Part shown: in pieces, positions 11,770 to 24,419 of the stretch
Position numbering within the stretch: position 1 is the stretch's first letter
Layout: each line of letters opens with the position of its first letter
Source: Rhina ancylostomus
Taxonomy: Eukaryota
Reading direction: 5' to 3'
DNA: 64,000 bases
NCBI GenBank assembly: GCA_030265395.1
Contig: JARFYF010000063.1
Location: 51,943,919 to 52,007,918 of the forward strand
The notes under the pieces: generated by a model
The model's database searches: none
Seen by the model: the letters and a program-made list of their open reading frames with translations, nothing else
What the model was told of the DNA's origin: nothing
Made by a program: the position numbers and the translations under genes

Positions 11770-12525
11770 TATGTTACTGAACACTCTAAAACTAAAGAGC
11801 TGATTGTTGACTTCAGGAAAGGGCAGGAGGGTGAACATGCACTAGTCTACACTGGTATAGAGAGTCAACAGCTTTAAATTCCTGGGCACTGACACATCGG
11901 ATGACCTGTCCTGGGCCCAGCACATAGATGCAGAAGCTTGACAGTGTCTTTACTTTCTTAAAAGGTCAAGGAGGTTCGACTTGTCCCCAATCACTTTAAC
12001 AAACTCCTACAGATGTACTATTGAAAGTATCTTAACTGGTTGCATCATGGTCTGGTAAAACAATTTGAATGCGCAGAAATGTAAGAAGCTGCAGAGATTA
12101 GTGGACTCAGCTCAATGCATCACAGGCACATCCCTCCCCACCGTCGGTAGTATCCAGATGAGGTGCTGCCTCAAGAAGACAACATCCAAAGATCCCCACC
12201 ATCCAGGCCATGCCATCTTCTTGCAGCTACCATCAGGCAGCCTGAAGTCCCACACCATCAAGAACAGTTACTTCCCTTCGACCATTTGGCTCTTGAACCA
12301 ACCTGCACAACCCTAATCATTGCTTCAGTACAGCAACATCATGACCACTTCGCACAATAATAGACTTTTTTTTGTTCTAATTGCATTCTTTCTTGTAAAA
12401 TGTATGCTTTTCTTGTGAACGTTGCATATCTGATGCTACGTGCCTGTGATGCTGCTGCAAGTAAGTTTTTCATTGCACTTATGCAGACATGTACTTGTGC
12501 AATATGACGATAAACTTCACTTTGA
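11770..12525 (+). mobile_element. Rex1/Babar-type LINE 3' fragment
   Basis: KTKELIVDFRK, FKFLG, LYFLKR and KKLQRLVDSAQCITG...DPHHPGHAIF.LPSG motifs plus 3' UTR. Confidence 0.85.
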
Positions 12526-15500
12526 CTTCAGAGGTAGTGGTACACAAGTGCAAATGTTTTTAGAAACAGAGCTACAATTGAAGATTTTAAAAAGAAATTT
12601 CATCAGTTTACCAAAGTTTCTTCAAACTTCAGTTTCAAAGTTTAATCTCAGTTTTACACCCATTTCCCATAATGGACACAGAGTAGTTTAATTTGAATGA
12701 AACAGGATGCAAAACAGCACAACAAATCACCCAGCCCTTTGTTTTCATTCCATCAGCCCCTTTGAACAACAAATTATACACAAATCATTACCCACTTTAC
12801 AGAGGTTCACAGGTATGGTGCTCTGCCTCCGCTTAGGTTCTTTGATGTCACATCAATTTTAAGCAGATGCTTTTGTAAATGATGTTATCATTCAGCCAAT
12901 ATGAAATATGTGCACCAACAACATCGTGAATCTTAACTGCAGATCGCTCAATAAAATTTGTAACATTTATTTCAAAATTATTAAGCGTCTGGATATAAAA
13001 CCGTCCATTATGCAAGCACCGGAGTGCATCATGACCGTACCCCATGGATTAATGTTCAAAGGTTATCACCATTCCCCAGCAATTCAAGAAGCTCTTTTCC
13101 AAAAAGAAACTAAGGGAAAGGGAAAAAGGTAATTACAGATCATTCCAGTGATAACAAAAAGGAAAAGGGTTTGCATCTCAACTTCAGTTTTAAGACCACT
13201 CTAGTTATTAATCTGCATTTTCAGAGTCCTGTGCAGATGTAATGAATGTTTCTGGAGTTCCAATCATTGAATCACTCCTATTCCAATTATTAATTGAATA
13301 ACTTCCAAATTCATGAGACATTTTACTTTTCATAACTGATCTTGTGGGATGTACCAAGATCCAAAGTCTCTTTTTTTTGGACAAAGAAAAATCCTTATTT
13401 ATTGAATATTATGTGGAGAATTGTAAAGGATGAGTCTCCAGTGAATTCTTAACCTGTGGTAAATTCCTTTGCAGAACATGCAGATGATGCACATGATAGA
13501 TGAGGGGCTCAAAAGGTCCATGCAGTTATTCAAGAGCTCTTCACAGACTGTCTCTGGAACTTTCAGTACACATTTTTTTTTAACAGGCTAGCGAACAGTT
13601 AGCCACATAACATGACCTTAAAGTTGACAGCCTTGAGGCAACAATATCATTCACATTTAAACATTTAAAATATTTAAATGTTAAAATTAAGTAATTAAAA
13701 TGTAATTAATAAGAATACAAACCATTTAAGAGCCCTTATTCAAAATGAAATACAAAAACTGGTGTCCAGTTCTTTAGATTGGACACCTGACCCCTATGTC
13801 CCCTCTACATTATTTTTGCCACATTGTTGTTGGATCCAGTTATTTTCAAACCCATGGTTTCTTTCAGGAGTCCAAGAAAGAGTTGAAAACAACTTGGTGC
13901 TTCATAAAGTTTTACTGGAAAATTTTAAAACAAAGAAAACAGTCACAGAGCACATGGCACCAACTTTACTACTGAGAGATGAGCCAAGACAAAAGGAACT
14001 AAAGATGAGCTAGGGGTTGGGGGAGGGGGGGGGGCGAGCGAAGTGGTGAGGTCGGCGGGGAGTTGTGAGGTCGCGAGGGAGTGGGTAGGGAATGAGGGGA
14101 GAGCAATAGAGAGATAGAGGCAAGAGAGTGATTAACAAAAAAAAGACACCTTTTATACCCAAGAAGTACTCCTTATCTAATAGGTTTCCTGATTAGACTA
14201 TTGTTAGCTACCTGTGGCCAAACCAACCAATGAGAAAACACATATTCACCTGATGAACAAACCAATGAACTAGGAAGCGGCCATTCATTGTGCAGTCACT
14301 TGAGGAGTTTTCAACACTACACCTGTTAAAAAAAAACTACTTAATACAGTCGAATTCAACATTGTGAACTCATAAGGATGGTATATTTCATGTCTGTCCC
14401 AAGAAGCAACTATCACCATAGATGCCAAACCAGTGACATTACTGCTCTTTGCAACATTCTAAAAGGACTGAAAATTATGGTATGGTTACTGTAGTTTCAA
14501 CATATAAAAATCTATAATCCAACACCTGGTAACAGTTTTGATAAAATAATGATACATTGTTTAGCGGAAATTGTGTGGCATGCATTAACAACAAACAATG
14601 CTCATGGGTTCATGCATGCTATTGGACAAATACCTTGATTAAAGCGAGAGCCAAAATATATTACTTGCAGCCTTTCTCTACATTCATGAATTCTACGGCA
14701 CAGTCTAACTTCGGTAACTTAATTCTCCAGCTGGAATTCCATTAAATAATTTTCTAAAAACACCAACAAAAATTGTAAAAATATAGCAGTACTAAATAAG
14801 TTACTAAATTTTGCATGGTTTTAGATTGTTAAGAACCCAGGGAGAGTTTAAAAACTTTTTGCAGAGGAGTTCCTGAGAAAATCATTTCAGCAAAACCCTC
14901 CACAAAAAATTAAAGACTCTACTTCAGTGAGCACTGATATCATTTGAATATTCTAACAATGATACTGTGCATATTACTTTTAAAGCAGAAAGCTACAGCT
15001 ATCTTGTAGTGACAGTATAACTACAATCTTAAATAAGTCAGCACAACAAACATTGTTCACTTCATTTTAAACTTTAAAAATTTCTTATAAAAGCAGGATT
15101 CAAAATGGACTACAATTATACCTCTCTACTATGACATACAAGTCCAATTCAAGATAACAGAGCCTCAGATAGAAACTCTGCAAAACTGCATTAAAGAAAG
15201 ATTGAATTACCAGAGATCTCTTGGAGGGGAGCTGCCAGGAGGATTCCCTCATCCACACTATAACCTCCCAATAACTGGTGTGTCCAAGCCAAGACAATTT
15301 TAGCATTGAGCTTTTCACCTTCAGCATGCCCTGCCCAATGGTGAATTCTAAAAATCAGCCTAAATCCAAACAGTTTGTTGGCCTCCTTTTCCCAGGAGGC
15401 AGCCTTCCCAGAAAGCACAGCCTCAACATTCAGATCTCTGCAGCTGATGCTCGTGCAACATATATCAGGATCTGGAACGCTGCTTTCTTTTGACTAGATA

Positions 15501-17809
15501 TAATGCACCTTCAGTGAGTATTGTAAGCCAATGGCTGCAGATCAGAAGAGAATGAATAATCAGCATGATTACACCTGCTTTGTATGAGAGGAGCTGGGAT
15601 CTTGGAACACCCAATCCTGGACTGAATTGGTGTTGAACCCTAACTGGATATGGGATCACAAGTTCATTTCTGGCAAGCCAATGGCATGTCAAAGAGAGAG
15701 TTAAGTATTAGTTGTATCATTTATTAATTGGAATTAATTGTATTTTCATTCCCTCAGCCTCCCCTCCCTCCCCACCAGTTGCACTGTTCCAGCTCCTTAG
15801 CTGCATGTATTGCATTAATGGAGATCCATTTTCTGATAAAGCTTGTCGGTATTTTCTGTGGTGGGAAGAAAATGCACCCTGATTCACACACAGTCTTGCT
15901 GCATGGACTTGCCTTGAGCAGATACACAGGCCTTTGACACCAGCAAGGTGTAGGTGTGTGCCCAATGAGGCAATGCAAAATACTAAAACAATGGGAAGGA
16001 ATAAATTAGAACAGCAGCCAGGAATGCTAACCATCATGGAACCTCACAATTCACACCAGCAGCAAAAAACACTTGGGTCAAATGACCAACTAATCACACT
16101 GGGGAAGGCTTGACTGGGTAACTTTAACAACGCATTGCTGGTGAAAGCCATTGACATTTTCAGTTTGCGGGCCAGGGAGAGCGAGAGCACAGGTTTCACC
16201 CCAGTGCAGAGTCTTCCTCTTGTTACGTCAGCGGGTCAGGATCAGCAGCTGCTGGCAATTCCCATTTTCCTGGCCTGGGCTCTAATGCTGCCTCTCCACA
16301 GCTCTCCCATTGAAGCACTGATGAAAATAGAGGTGCTGTGACATATTCAGGTTTGAATGGAGGCCTAGCTGTCAATTAGTACCTGGTTGAGTTATGCATG
16401 TTCAGCAGGTGGCAAGTGGAGCCAGCGTAGCCTCGATGGGCCAAATAGCCTCCTTCTACATTGTAAGAAAATATGGAATCACAGGGACACTTGACAGTCA
16501 AGAGTGGTACCAGAATGAAGGTAATCCTGGCTGCTGTTCTAACTTGTTCTTTCCTGTTACGGCAGGAATATGTTTCTGAAATGAATATAAAATTACTTCC
16601 ATCCCTGAATGTTCACAATCTGCTTTCCTGTCACCTACCACCACCGTTCTACCCAAAGTGGTGGGCCATATACTTCTTGCCCACTCCTTGGGAGGCTTAG
16701 GGGGCCGTGTATCTCCCCGAAAGTATTCACGGGACAGTTGAGTTTCCCTGCCAGAGTGCCTGCCGTCTAATTTTAAAAATCTTTTACGTTTCTTTTCCCT
16801 TTTGGCTCATACTGAATTGCAGTCCAGTCCGAGATGATAACTGTCACCCAGCTAAAGAAAGCAAAGGTCATTAATGGTTTCACAAGAAAGGAATTGTCTT
16901 TATTTGAATAGTTGAGAAATTAGTGTGTTCATTTTATGTAATTAGGAAAATATTCTAAAGCAATTTTCTTTTAACTACAGTAGTTTTTTGATGCTTAAAT
17001 TGTATTAAAAATTGGTTTGTGGGTTAAACTAATACATGTATATGAATACTATATTGGCTTTGAGAACAAAATATTACAGTAGTTATAATTAATTTACTGA
17101 ATAATTACTGCACTACATTTGTTCTCAGCACATAAATGATTAAGTTCTCAGTCACACTGATGAGAGTGCTGGCTTCTCAAGCTAAGGCCTTTGTTCAACT
17201 CACTTGATCATCCCCAGATGAGCAAGTTTTGTGGTTCTCTGCCAGGCTGCTGACAGAATGACTCATAGTTCTAGAATGCTTCATCTTAAGAGAGAGCTGT
17301 AATTACCATTGCAACCCAGACCCATGCAAAACAGTACAGTATTAATATTACCCAGGGGTATATCTGATCTTTAGCTGGAATATTAAAGAGATGAGAATAT
17401 GGGACAGCGTAACGGGAGGCAATGAGTTATTTGTAACAGTACTGTTACGGACTAGGACTATTAGTGAGTGNNNNNNNNNNNNNNNNNNNNNNNNNNNNNN
17501 NNNNNNNNNNNNNNNNNNNNNNNNNNNNNNNNNNNNNNNNNNNNNNNNNNNNNNNNNNNNNNNNNNNNNNACTTATTATCATAAATAGTTATTAATAAAA
17601 TAGTTTTTAACACTTATACATGTCTTGGTGTGTTTCTGTTGTTGCTGGTTCGTAACAGTACTTTGAATTGTTCTGCTACAGATATGTCTGTAAATCTGAT
17701 AGAAGGTCTTCTTTCCTTTTACTACAACGCTTTCAGCAGGCCAGGCAGAAACTGGTTTTCGTATCTTGTTAAGGGTTATTAGTCCTAACCTTCTTGAAGC
17801 AGTTGCTCT

Positions 17810-18110
17810 GTCTTCCTGGTAAGCCGGCACTCTACTCCCAGTTGCATCATGTAATAAGGTTGCCAGGAGGGCAAAGTTAAATCCTCAAGGATATCCTTAA
17901 AGTCTCCATGTATGTGGGAATCCCTGACTGACAGTACCTCAGAATGATCATCCAGGAGGGCACTGAGCCTCTTTGGCATTATGGGGAAGCTCAGCGCAAT
18001 CAACAGAACAAGCACACCTTGTCACAAAATTTACATGTGCTCACCCCATCGAGCACTTCCTGAGCCTCTGGGTGCCACATTGGCCTCAACAGCCAGCTCA
18101 CAATCCACAG
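17810..18110 (+). mobile_element. RTE-type LINE 3' fragment
   Basis: AGGTTGCCAGGAGGGCAAAG...AAGGATATCCTTAAAGTCTCC (RLPGGQ...KDILKVS). Confidence 0.55.
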
Positions 18111-18349
18111 AACCACGCTATCCTTGATTCCAATAAAAGAGTCCCAACTTCCATGCAAAATCAAGCCATAGTTATTTTATAATATAATATCATAACTTTG
18201 TCAGATACAGCATTTCTGCAGTGTTTCTATAAATGGGATTGGTGAATATATTATAACTTAGTGACACTGTTGTCATTGACAACCCCAGCAACATCGCAAA
18301 GGCTATCTGTTTTGAGTTCTGTAAACATTGCTCCATCCATTCGTGCCTT

Positions 18350-18845
18350 GTCTGCTGCCGAATTCCTCAGCCATGCTTTTGCTCACACTGGAATCCACTA
18401 TTGTTAAGTACACACCTGGTCAGCTCTGTAAACTTAGGATCATTCTAAACTTTGCAGGCTGTGCCCCAACTTGCACCCAAACTGAACTTGCTTACCTACT
18501 TTGCCTTCTAAATAGACAACACCTCTGATTTAAAATTCCTGTCCCTGAGTCCAAGCCCTTCGGTTGCTCCGCTTCTCCCTCTCCCTGTAATATACTCCAA
18601 CCCCATTGTCTTCCAAGATATCTTCAGTAATCCAAATGTGGATGTCCCCAATTTCAATTAATACCCACTGAAAGCTCTGGAATTCCTTCGTAGTCTAACT
18701 CTCTTTCACCCTCTCAGATGCTCTATAAGCCTAGCTTTGTGACCAAGTTTTTGATCATCTACCCTGAAAGAGTTCAGTGTCAGATCTGGTTTCCTAATGC
18801 TGCCATGAGATACTTTGGAGATACATCAATGCAAGATATTGTTGT
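18350..18845 (+). mobile_element. Old L2-type LINE 3' fragment
   Basis: GATTTAAAATTCCTGTCC...CTCTGGAATTCCTT...TGACCAAGTTTTTGATCA...CAAGATATTGTTGTT; a related piece is at about 40760-41090. Confidence 0.5.
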
Positions 18846-19228
18846 TGGCTCAGTTATCATTGGTTAATCAATAACAGACAGATTTAAGTAGAGTAGCGAA
18901 ATGAATAATAATTGAGTACTATTTCTGTAAAAAGACAACTAAACTGGTACAACAACTTCGATTTTAATTTTGTTATACAAAGGTACACTTCCTCTTTACT
19001 CCTGACTGTCTACAGGTACCCTGGAGTACCTGTGTCCTTTTACAAATGTCAAGGTTTTACAGCACACAATTCAACTTTGACCGTGGAGCTCAAAATATTC
19101 AAAAGAAGGTCCCCTTATGCAACCCCCTCCCCCACCTACTTGATTTTTTGCTCTAACTACTGGGATTATTCCACATGTATATGCAACAAAGGATGAAGTC
19201 CTTGCTGATGTAGATTTTGTAATACATT

Positions 19229-19530
19229 ATAAGATAAGATCTCTTTATTAGTCACCTATATCGAAGCACACAGTGAAATACACCTTTTTTGCATAGTGTG
19301 TTCTGGGGGCAGCTCGCAAGTGTCGCCACGTTTCCGGCGCCAACATAGCATGCCCACAGCTTCCTAACCCAAAAATCTTTGGAATGTGGGAGGAAACTGG
19401 AGCACCTGGAGGGAACCCATGCAGACAAGGGGAGAATGTATAAACTCCTTACAGACAGCAGCCGGAATTGTACCCAGGTCACTGGTGCTCTAACAGTGTT
19501 ACGCTAACCACTACACTACCGTGCCTGCCC
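19229..19530 (-). mobile_element. tRNA-derived SINE, same subfamily as 5352-5630
   Basis: Reverse complement starts GGGCAGGCACGGTAGTGTAGTGGTTAGCG and ends GACTAATAAAGAGATCTTATCTT. Confidence 0.88.
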
Positions 19531-20031
19531 AAGCTAATTTTCCATTAAAAAAAACACGATGTACATTTTGTCGGGTATCTTTAGGTTTCTGTCAGAGATA
19601 TATACTTGATTCTATATAACACTTCATTTAACAAAATACCCTCAGGATGTAACCTTTTTAAAGAGACCTGATTCAATTTGTAATATATTAAAGTGCTCAA
19701 GGAAGTTTAATAATATTATTTTTCATATAAACAAGTAAAATTGCACTTAGGATATTACAGTATTGTTACTTCTAATGTATCAGCTTCAGATACTGAACCA
19801 TCCTTGAAATATAGACCGGTACCACTTCAGGACATAAATCAGTGATCATTTGTGATCCAGATATGGTGTGATCTAATACAGGTTGTAAAATGTGAAACCC
19901 ACATAAAAGCAGCAACTCAAAATAACAGGGCAATTAAGGAAAGAGAAATAAGGCAAAGAAATGTATTGGAAATAAACAGATTAACAAAGCAGAGCAGGCA
20001 GATGGACCACACAGCAAGAAAAATATATTGG

Positions 20032-20160
20032 AGAGACAAGAAACTGCAGATGCTGGCATCTGGACAATAAACAATCTGCTGGAGGAACTCAGCAGGTCGA
20101 GCAGCATCTGTGGGGAAGGGAATTGTCAACAATTCAGGTTGAAACCCTACATCAGGACAA
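20032..20160 (-). mobile_element. Penelope-type element end fragment
   Basis: AACTGCAGATGCTGG...TGCTGGAGGAACTCAGCAGGTCGAGCAGCATCTGTGG. Confidence 0.65.
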
Positions 20161-20539
20161 GATAAAGAAATATGTACAACATAATATGAGAAAAATAGCT
20201 AAATGTAATTCAAAGGGGCTCTGAGAGACAACGGCAAGGAGGTAGAAAGGAGAGGCATCCTTTAACAGTAAGAAAGACAGGAAAACAGCTGCATGAATGA
20301 AGTTGACTCAAATAAGAGATCAGAGATAATTAGGATAACAGTGCAAGAACAAAGCAGCCAGACAGAGAAGCAATGGAGATTAAGTACAAAAGCATCTTAT
20401 TAACCAATAAAAACAAACCACTGCTCAATTGCCAGTCATGTTTCATTTATGACTTTTACTGCCATTGGTCACTGCAAGCCAAAGTAAGTATACTTTAATT
20501 TTTACTTGTTTTCAATATTTTTTTATATTTTTCTCAGAC

Positions 20540-20868
20540 ATAGGATTAGGCCATTTGGCCCATAAGATTTATGCCATCTGTCAGAGCAATCCCATCTGTC
20601 CCATTCCTCTACTTATTTCTCCGTAACTTATTCCCTGTCACAGGACCACCAACTCGCCTCTGATCCTCCTGCCAATCACTTATACCACCAGTAATTTACA
20701 CCAGCAAATTAACCTTCCAGCACACCTTGGGATATAAGAGGAAAGTGCAACACTGAGAGGAAAGCCACACAATTATGGGGAGAATGTGCAAACATCAGAA
20801 TCGAGTCAGAATCAAGCACAGATCACTGAAGCAATACCTGCAATACCTGCAGGTCACTGTATTGCCCA
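20540..20868 (-). mobile_element. Highly diverged V-SINE-type element
   Basis: AGGCCATTTGGCCC tail, AATTTACA...AATTAACCT and GGGGAGAATGTGCAAAC motifs. Confidence 0.5.
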
Positions 20869-22967
20869 AATAAGACTGGAACCAGAAAGATTTAAACATT
20901 TGCATTAGATTGTAGTTATATTGCCATTACCTAGATCAACATTATTCCATGCAATCTATTAATCACAGAGCAGAGCTATTTTGCTGACTTCTGCATTATT
21001 ATTGATCACCAAGACCAGGCACTAAAGTGTTCTGGACATGATCGTAAATGGAGCTTACTGCTGGGCAGCCGGTGCTTCATGTTAGCAGAAAGTGACCAAG
21101 AGTTTCTGCTTCTTCACAACATCCAAAAGATTGCACATAAAGGTTATATAACAACCAAGCAATCTAATGGGTATTTATAAAATAAGACTGGGCAATTAAT
21201 TGTAAAAAGACCTTCTGTGTTGGGGTCTCACACCGCTGGAAGTTCCAAATCATGGACTGACTCCACGTTTACTGTGCCATGTTGGCACACATCCACACCC
21301 GAAACCCTTCCATCTTAAAGTACATTTGGCAGTATAACTGCAGCCTAAACAAAGTTGGGCTCCAGCAGAGGTCTTGTTTATGTTTGTGTTACAGAATTCG
21401 ATCCATAGTGTCATTGTGAAAAAACATGAACTGCTTGTCCTAGCTCTTCCTAGAGTTTACTAGAATCTGAAGTATTGGAAAGTTGTTTGTTTTCCCACAC
21501 ATCAGTAAAGCTACTACTCCATTCCACTCACTGAAGGAATCTTACTTCTTCCACCACTTCTGACCCAGTGCTCAATGTGATAATTACATCTGTACCTGAT
21601 CTCACATGCAGAAATCACCAAAGAGTTTGGGCTTTGTTGCAGTTAATCTTGTGACGTTGACATTTTCAAGAAAGAAAGTAGCTTCTTTGAGGTAGTCAAT
21701 GCAAATGTAAGCCCACCTGCGAGTGAAGGAGGCCCTCACAAAAGGAGAGTCAAAGAGCTGAAAGAAGAGGATGTAAAGAGAGAGGAAGAAAGATGTAGAA
21801 GAGCAGCAGGTGTGGGGGAGCATTGAGGTAGAAAAGGACAGAAGGACAAAAAGTGAACTGGAAGAGAAAGAGAAAAGCCTGAGAGAAGTCAGAACATAAG
21901 GATGACAGGGTCTAAGAAAGCCACACAGGCTCATCAAGTGCACTTCTACAGGAGGCTAATATCATTGAACTTGAACCTGAAAATATTGCCAATTTTCTTG
22001 CAATGTTCTGAAAAATAAACAAATTGTCATTTAATTTAACTACTAAGTCATTAGTATAATATGCACGTTAAATAACACTAAACTACTCCTCCTCTGACTC
22101 AGTGTAATTAATGATACCAAAGGTTGTTATTAAACTGTTTGATGTCTTTTCTCATCTGGTAGGTTACAGTGCAGACAGTTGTTGTCCGGAACACTGTGCA
22201 CTGCTGTAAATTTCTCCATCTGATGAGTAAATCAGTACTGTCAGTTCCTTTAAAACAAAATAACCTGCCTGTTATTTCTCAGCACTCAGTAATGTTAACA
22301 GGTTGAGCAGATTTATGTAATTGAACTGAAGTATTTAGCCTTAAATTAAAATACAGAGTCATCAAGTGTTAATTTAAAATACTTATGAAGTTTGAATAGG
22401 TATTTAGAAATTTATTTGCCATTTGTAATAAATTCTATGCACTGATTAGAGGTTTCCTTCCTCTCTTGGTGTCCCAGAGTAATTGGTTCCCACCGATTCC
22501 AGACAATTTTCCACAACAATAATCCAGTCTCCAAATCTGGAGGAAAACTGCTGTTTGCCTGAATTCTGCACTGTCGTTCTTCTGGGCNNNNNNNNNNNNN
22601 NNNNNNNNNNNNNNNNNNNNNNNNNNNATATGGGCCAGACAAAACATCTGGACCAAAGCCACACTTGCCAATTCACTGAGGCCCTCATTCAATATCTGCT
22701 ATCATTCTTTATCACCCCAACCTGACAAATATTTGCAGATGGAGGATGGGAGAAAAGTTGATTAAAACTTTGGCACACAATCACACACATTTTCGCTGTG
22801 TGGGACAGGCAAGGTAAAAGGATAAGAGAATACCTTTTCCCTTTTCAACCTCATCTAAAGAGCCTCTTTATTCGGTTCCTATAAATGCAGGTGCATTGAT
22901 TGCAATTTGCATGCTATGCAGAAGGTTAAACAAAGTACAGGCCAGGATCTAACCCAAGACTTTCCAC

Positions 22968-23202
22968 AAGAACACAAGAAAATAGGAGCAGGAGTAGGCC
23001 AAATGGCCCCTCAAGCCTGCTCCACCATTCAATATGATCATGGCTGATCGATGCTGACCTTAACTCCTCTTCTGTGATGGTTCCCCATAACCCTCAATTC
23101 CTTGATCTTTCGAATACTTATCTATCTCCTCCTGAAATATATCTAATGATCTGGCCTCCAGCACCCTCAGGGGGAGAGAATTTCAGAGATTCACTACTCT
23201 CT
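22968..23202 (-). mobile_element. CR1-type LINE 3' end
   Basis: AGAAATAGGAGCAGGAGTAGGCC...CCTGCTCCACCATTCAAT...TCATGGCTGATC tail. Confidence 0.75.
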
Positions 23203-24419
23203 GTTCTTATAGGTTGAATTTATTTACTCACAGGATGTGAATGTCGTTGGGATCAGCAGCAATTATTGCCCATCTTCAGTTGCTCCTGAACTGAGGAAGC
23301 AGTTAAGAGTCAACCACATTAGTGAGGCGAGAATCACATATAAACCGGATGGAACAAAAGTGGCAGAATTCCTCTCCTGAAGGACATTAGTGAGCCATAG
23401 CAGTTACAACAATCCAGTGGTTTCATGGTCAACATTACTGGGACTAGCTTTCTTTTAAATTCCAGATTTATTTAATTATTTGTTTCCCAGCTGCCTTAGT
23501 GGGGATCGGCCTCATATTCCTGGATCAATGATCAAGAGCTCTAGCTCTTCACATAAGGAATATGTTAACATGAGGAATGACTTAATAGTGGTCTAAAATT
23601 ATGTAGTGTTAGAGTCAACATAAAGACATATAGAACAAACACAGGTCCTCTAGCAATTAACAATAAATTAACACTAAGAGATAACACTGGTGAAGATCCA
23701 TTCCTACTGTAAGGTGAGCCCACTTAGCTTATCAGTACACTCCACACCAAAGTGAAAGCAACCTAATAACCCCTGAAGGCAATCATTCACACTTGTGCAT
23801 AGCTACAAGGAAACAGTGCAGTATGTCTTTTACCAGAAGCTGCAATACTGTTTACAGACTCATGATTGGTAAATCATGGCCTCTGGCCCTGTAAAGGAGA
23901 GATAAGACATGACAACCTGCAATCAGGCAATCACAGTGGAGTGTGTGGGGGTGGTGGTGATAACAGTGAAAATAGGTTGCAGACATTAAACGATTTAAAA
24001 TTATAATGAATGTATAATCACCCGGTGTAGGCTGGAGAGCTGTGACAAAGCAGAAACGTACTTAGAGGTTGAGAAGGCTCCATAAACTGATGAAGAAATT
24101 TAACCATTGCATCTAAACCCTAGAAGTTGTGGGGGGTGGGGGGGGGGGGGGTTGGCGGCAGGTGAGTAGCTTCAAACCAGTTGTGTGACTTTAAATAACA
24201 TTGTCGAAAAGTACTAACGCCTTTATATAAAGTCACCCAGCTCTCTGCCCAACTCCCACCCTTAAACATGACTAACAGTGTGCAGGGTGACACACACTTT
24301 CTGCCAATGCAGCCTTCACAGTCACTGAATGTTCCAGGGTTGGTGACATCTTGTGCACATATTGAAGACTGGTGTAGTTTCCTTCATACACTCCAGATTC
24401 TGTCAAAAGTGAATAGATT

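Noticed and set aside
21602-21943. 113-aa hydrophobic ORF and purine-rich tract
   Set aside because: A low-complexity GA-rich strand gives an F/S/L-rich antisense ORF; there are no supporting exons.
24128-24235. Poly-G tract followed by TATATAAA
   Set aside because: Could be an upstream promoter, but there is no supporting exon or splice evidence and TATA-like words are frequent in this AT-rich DNA.
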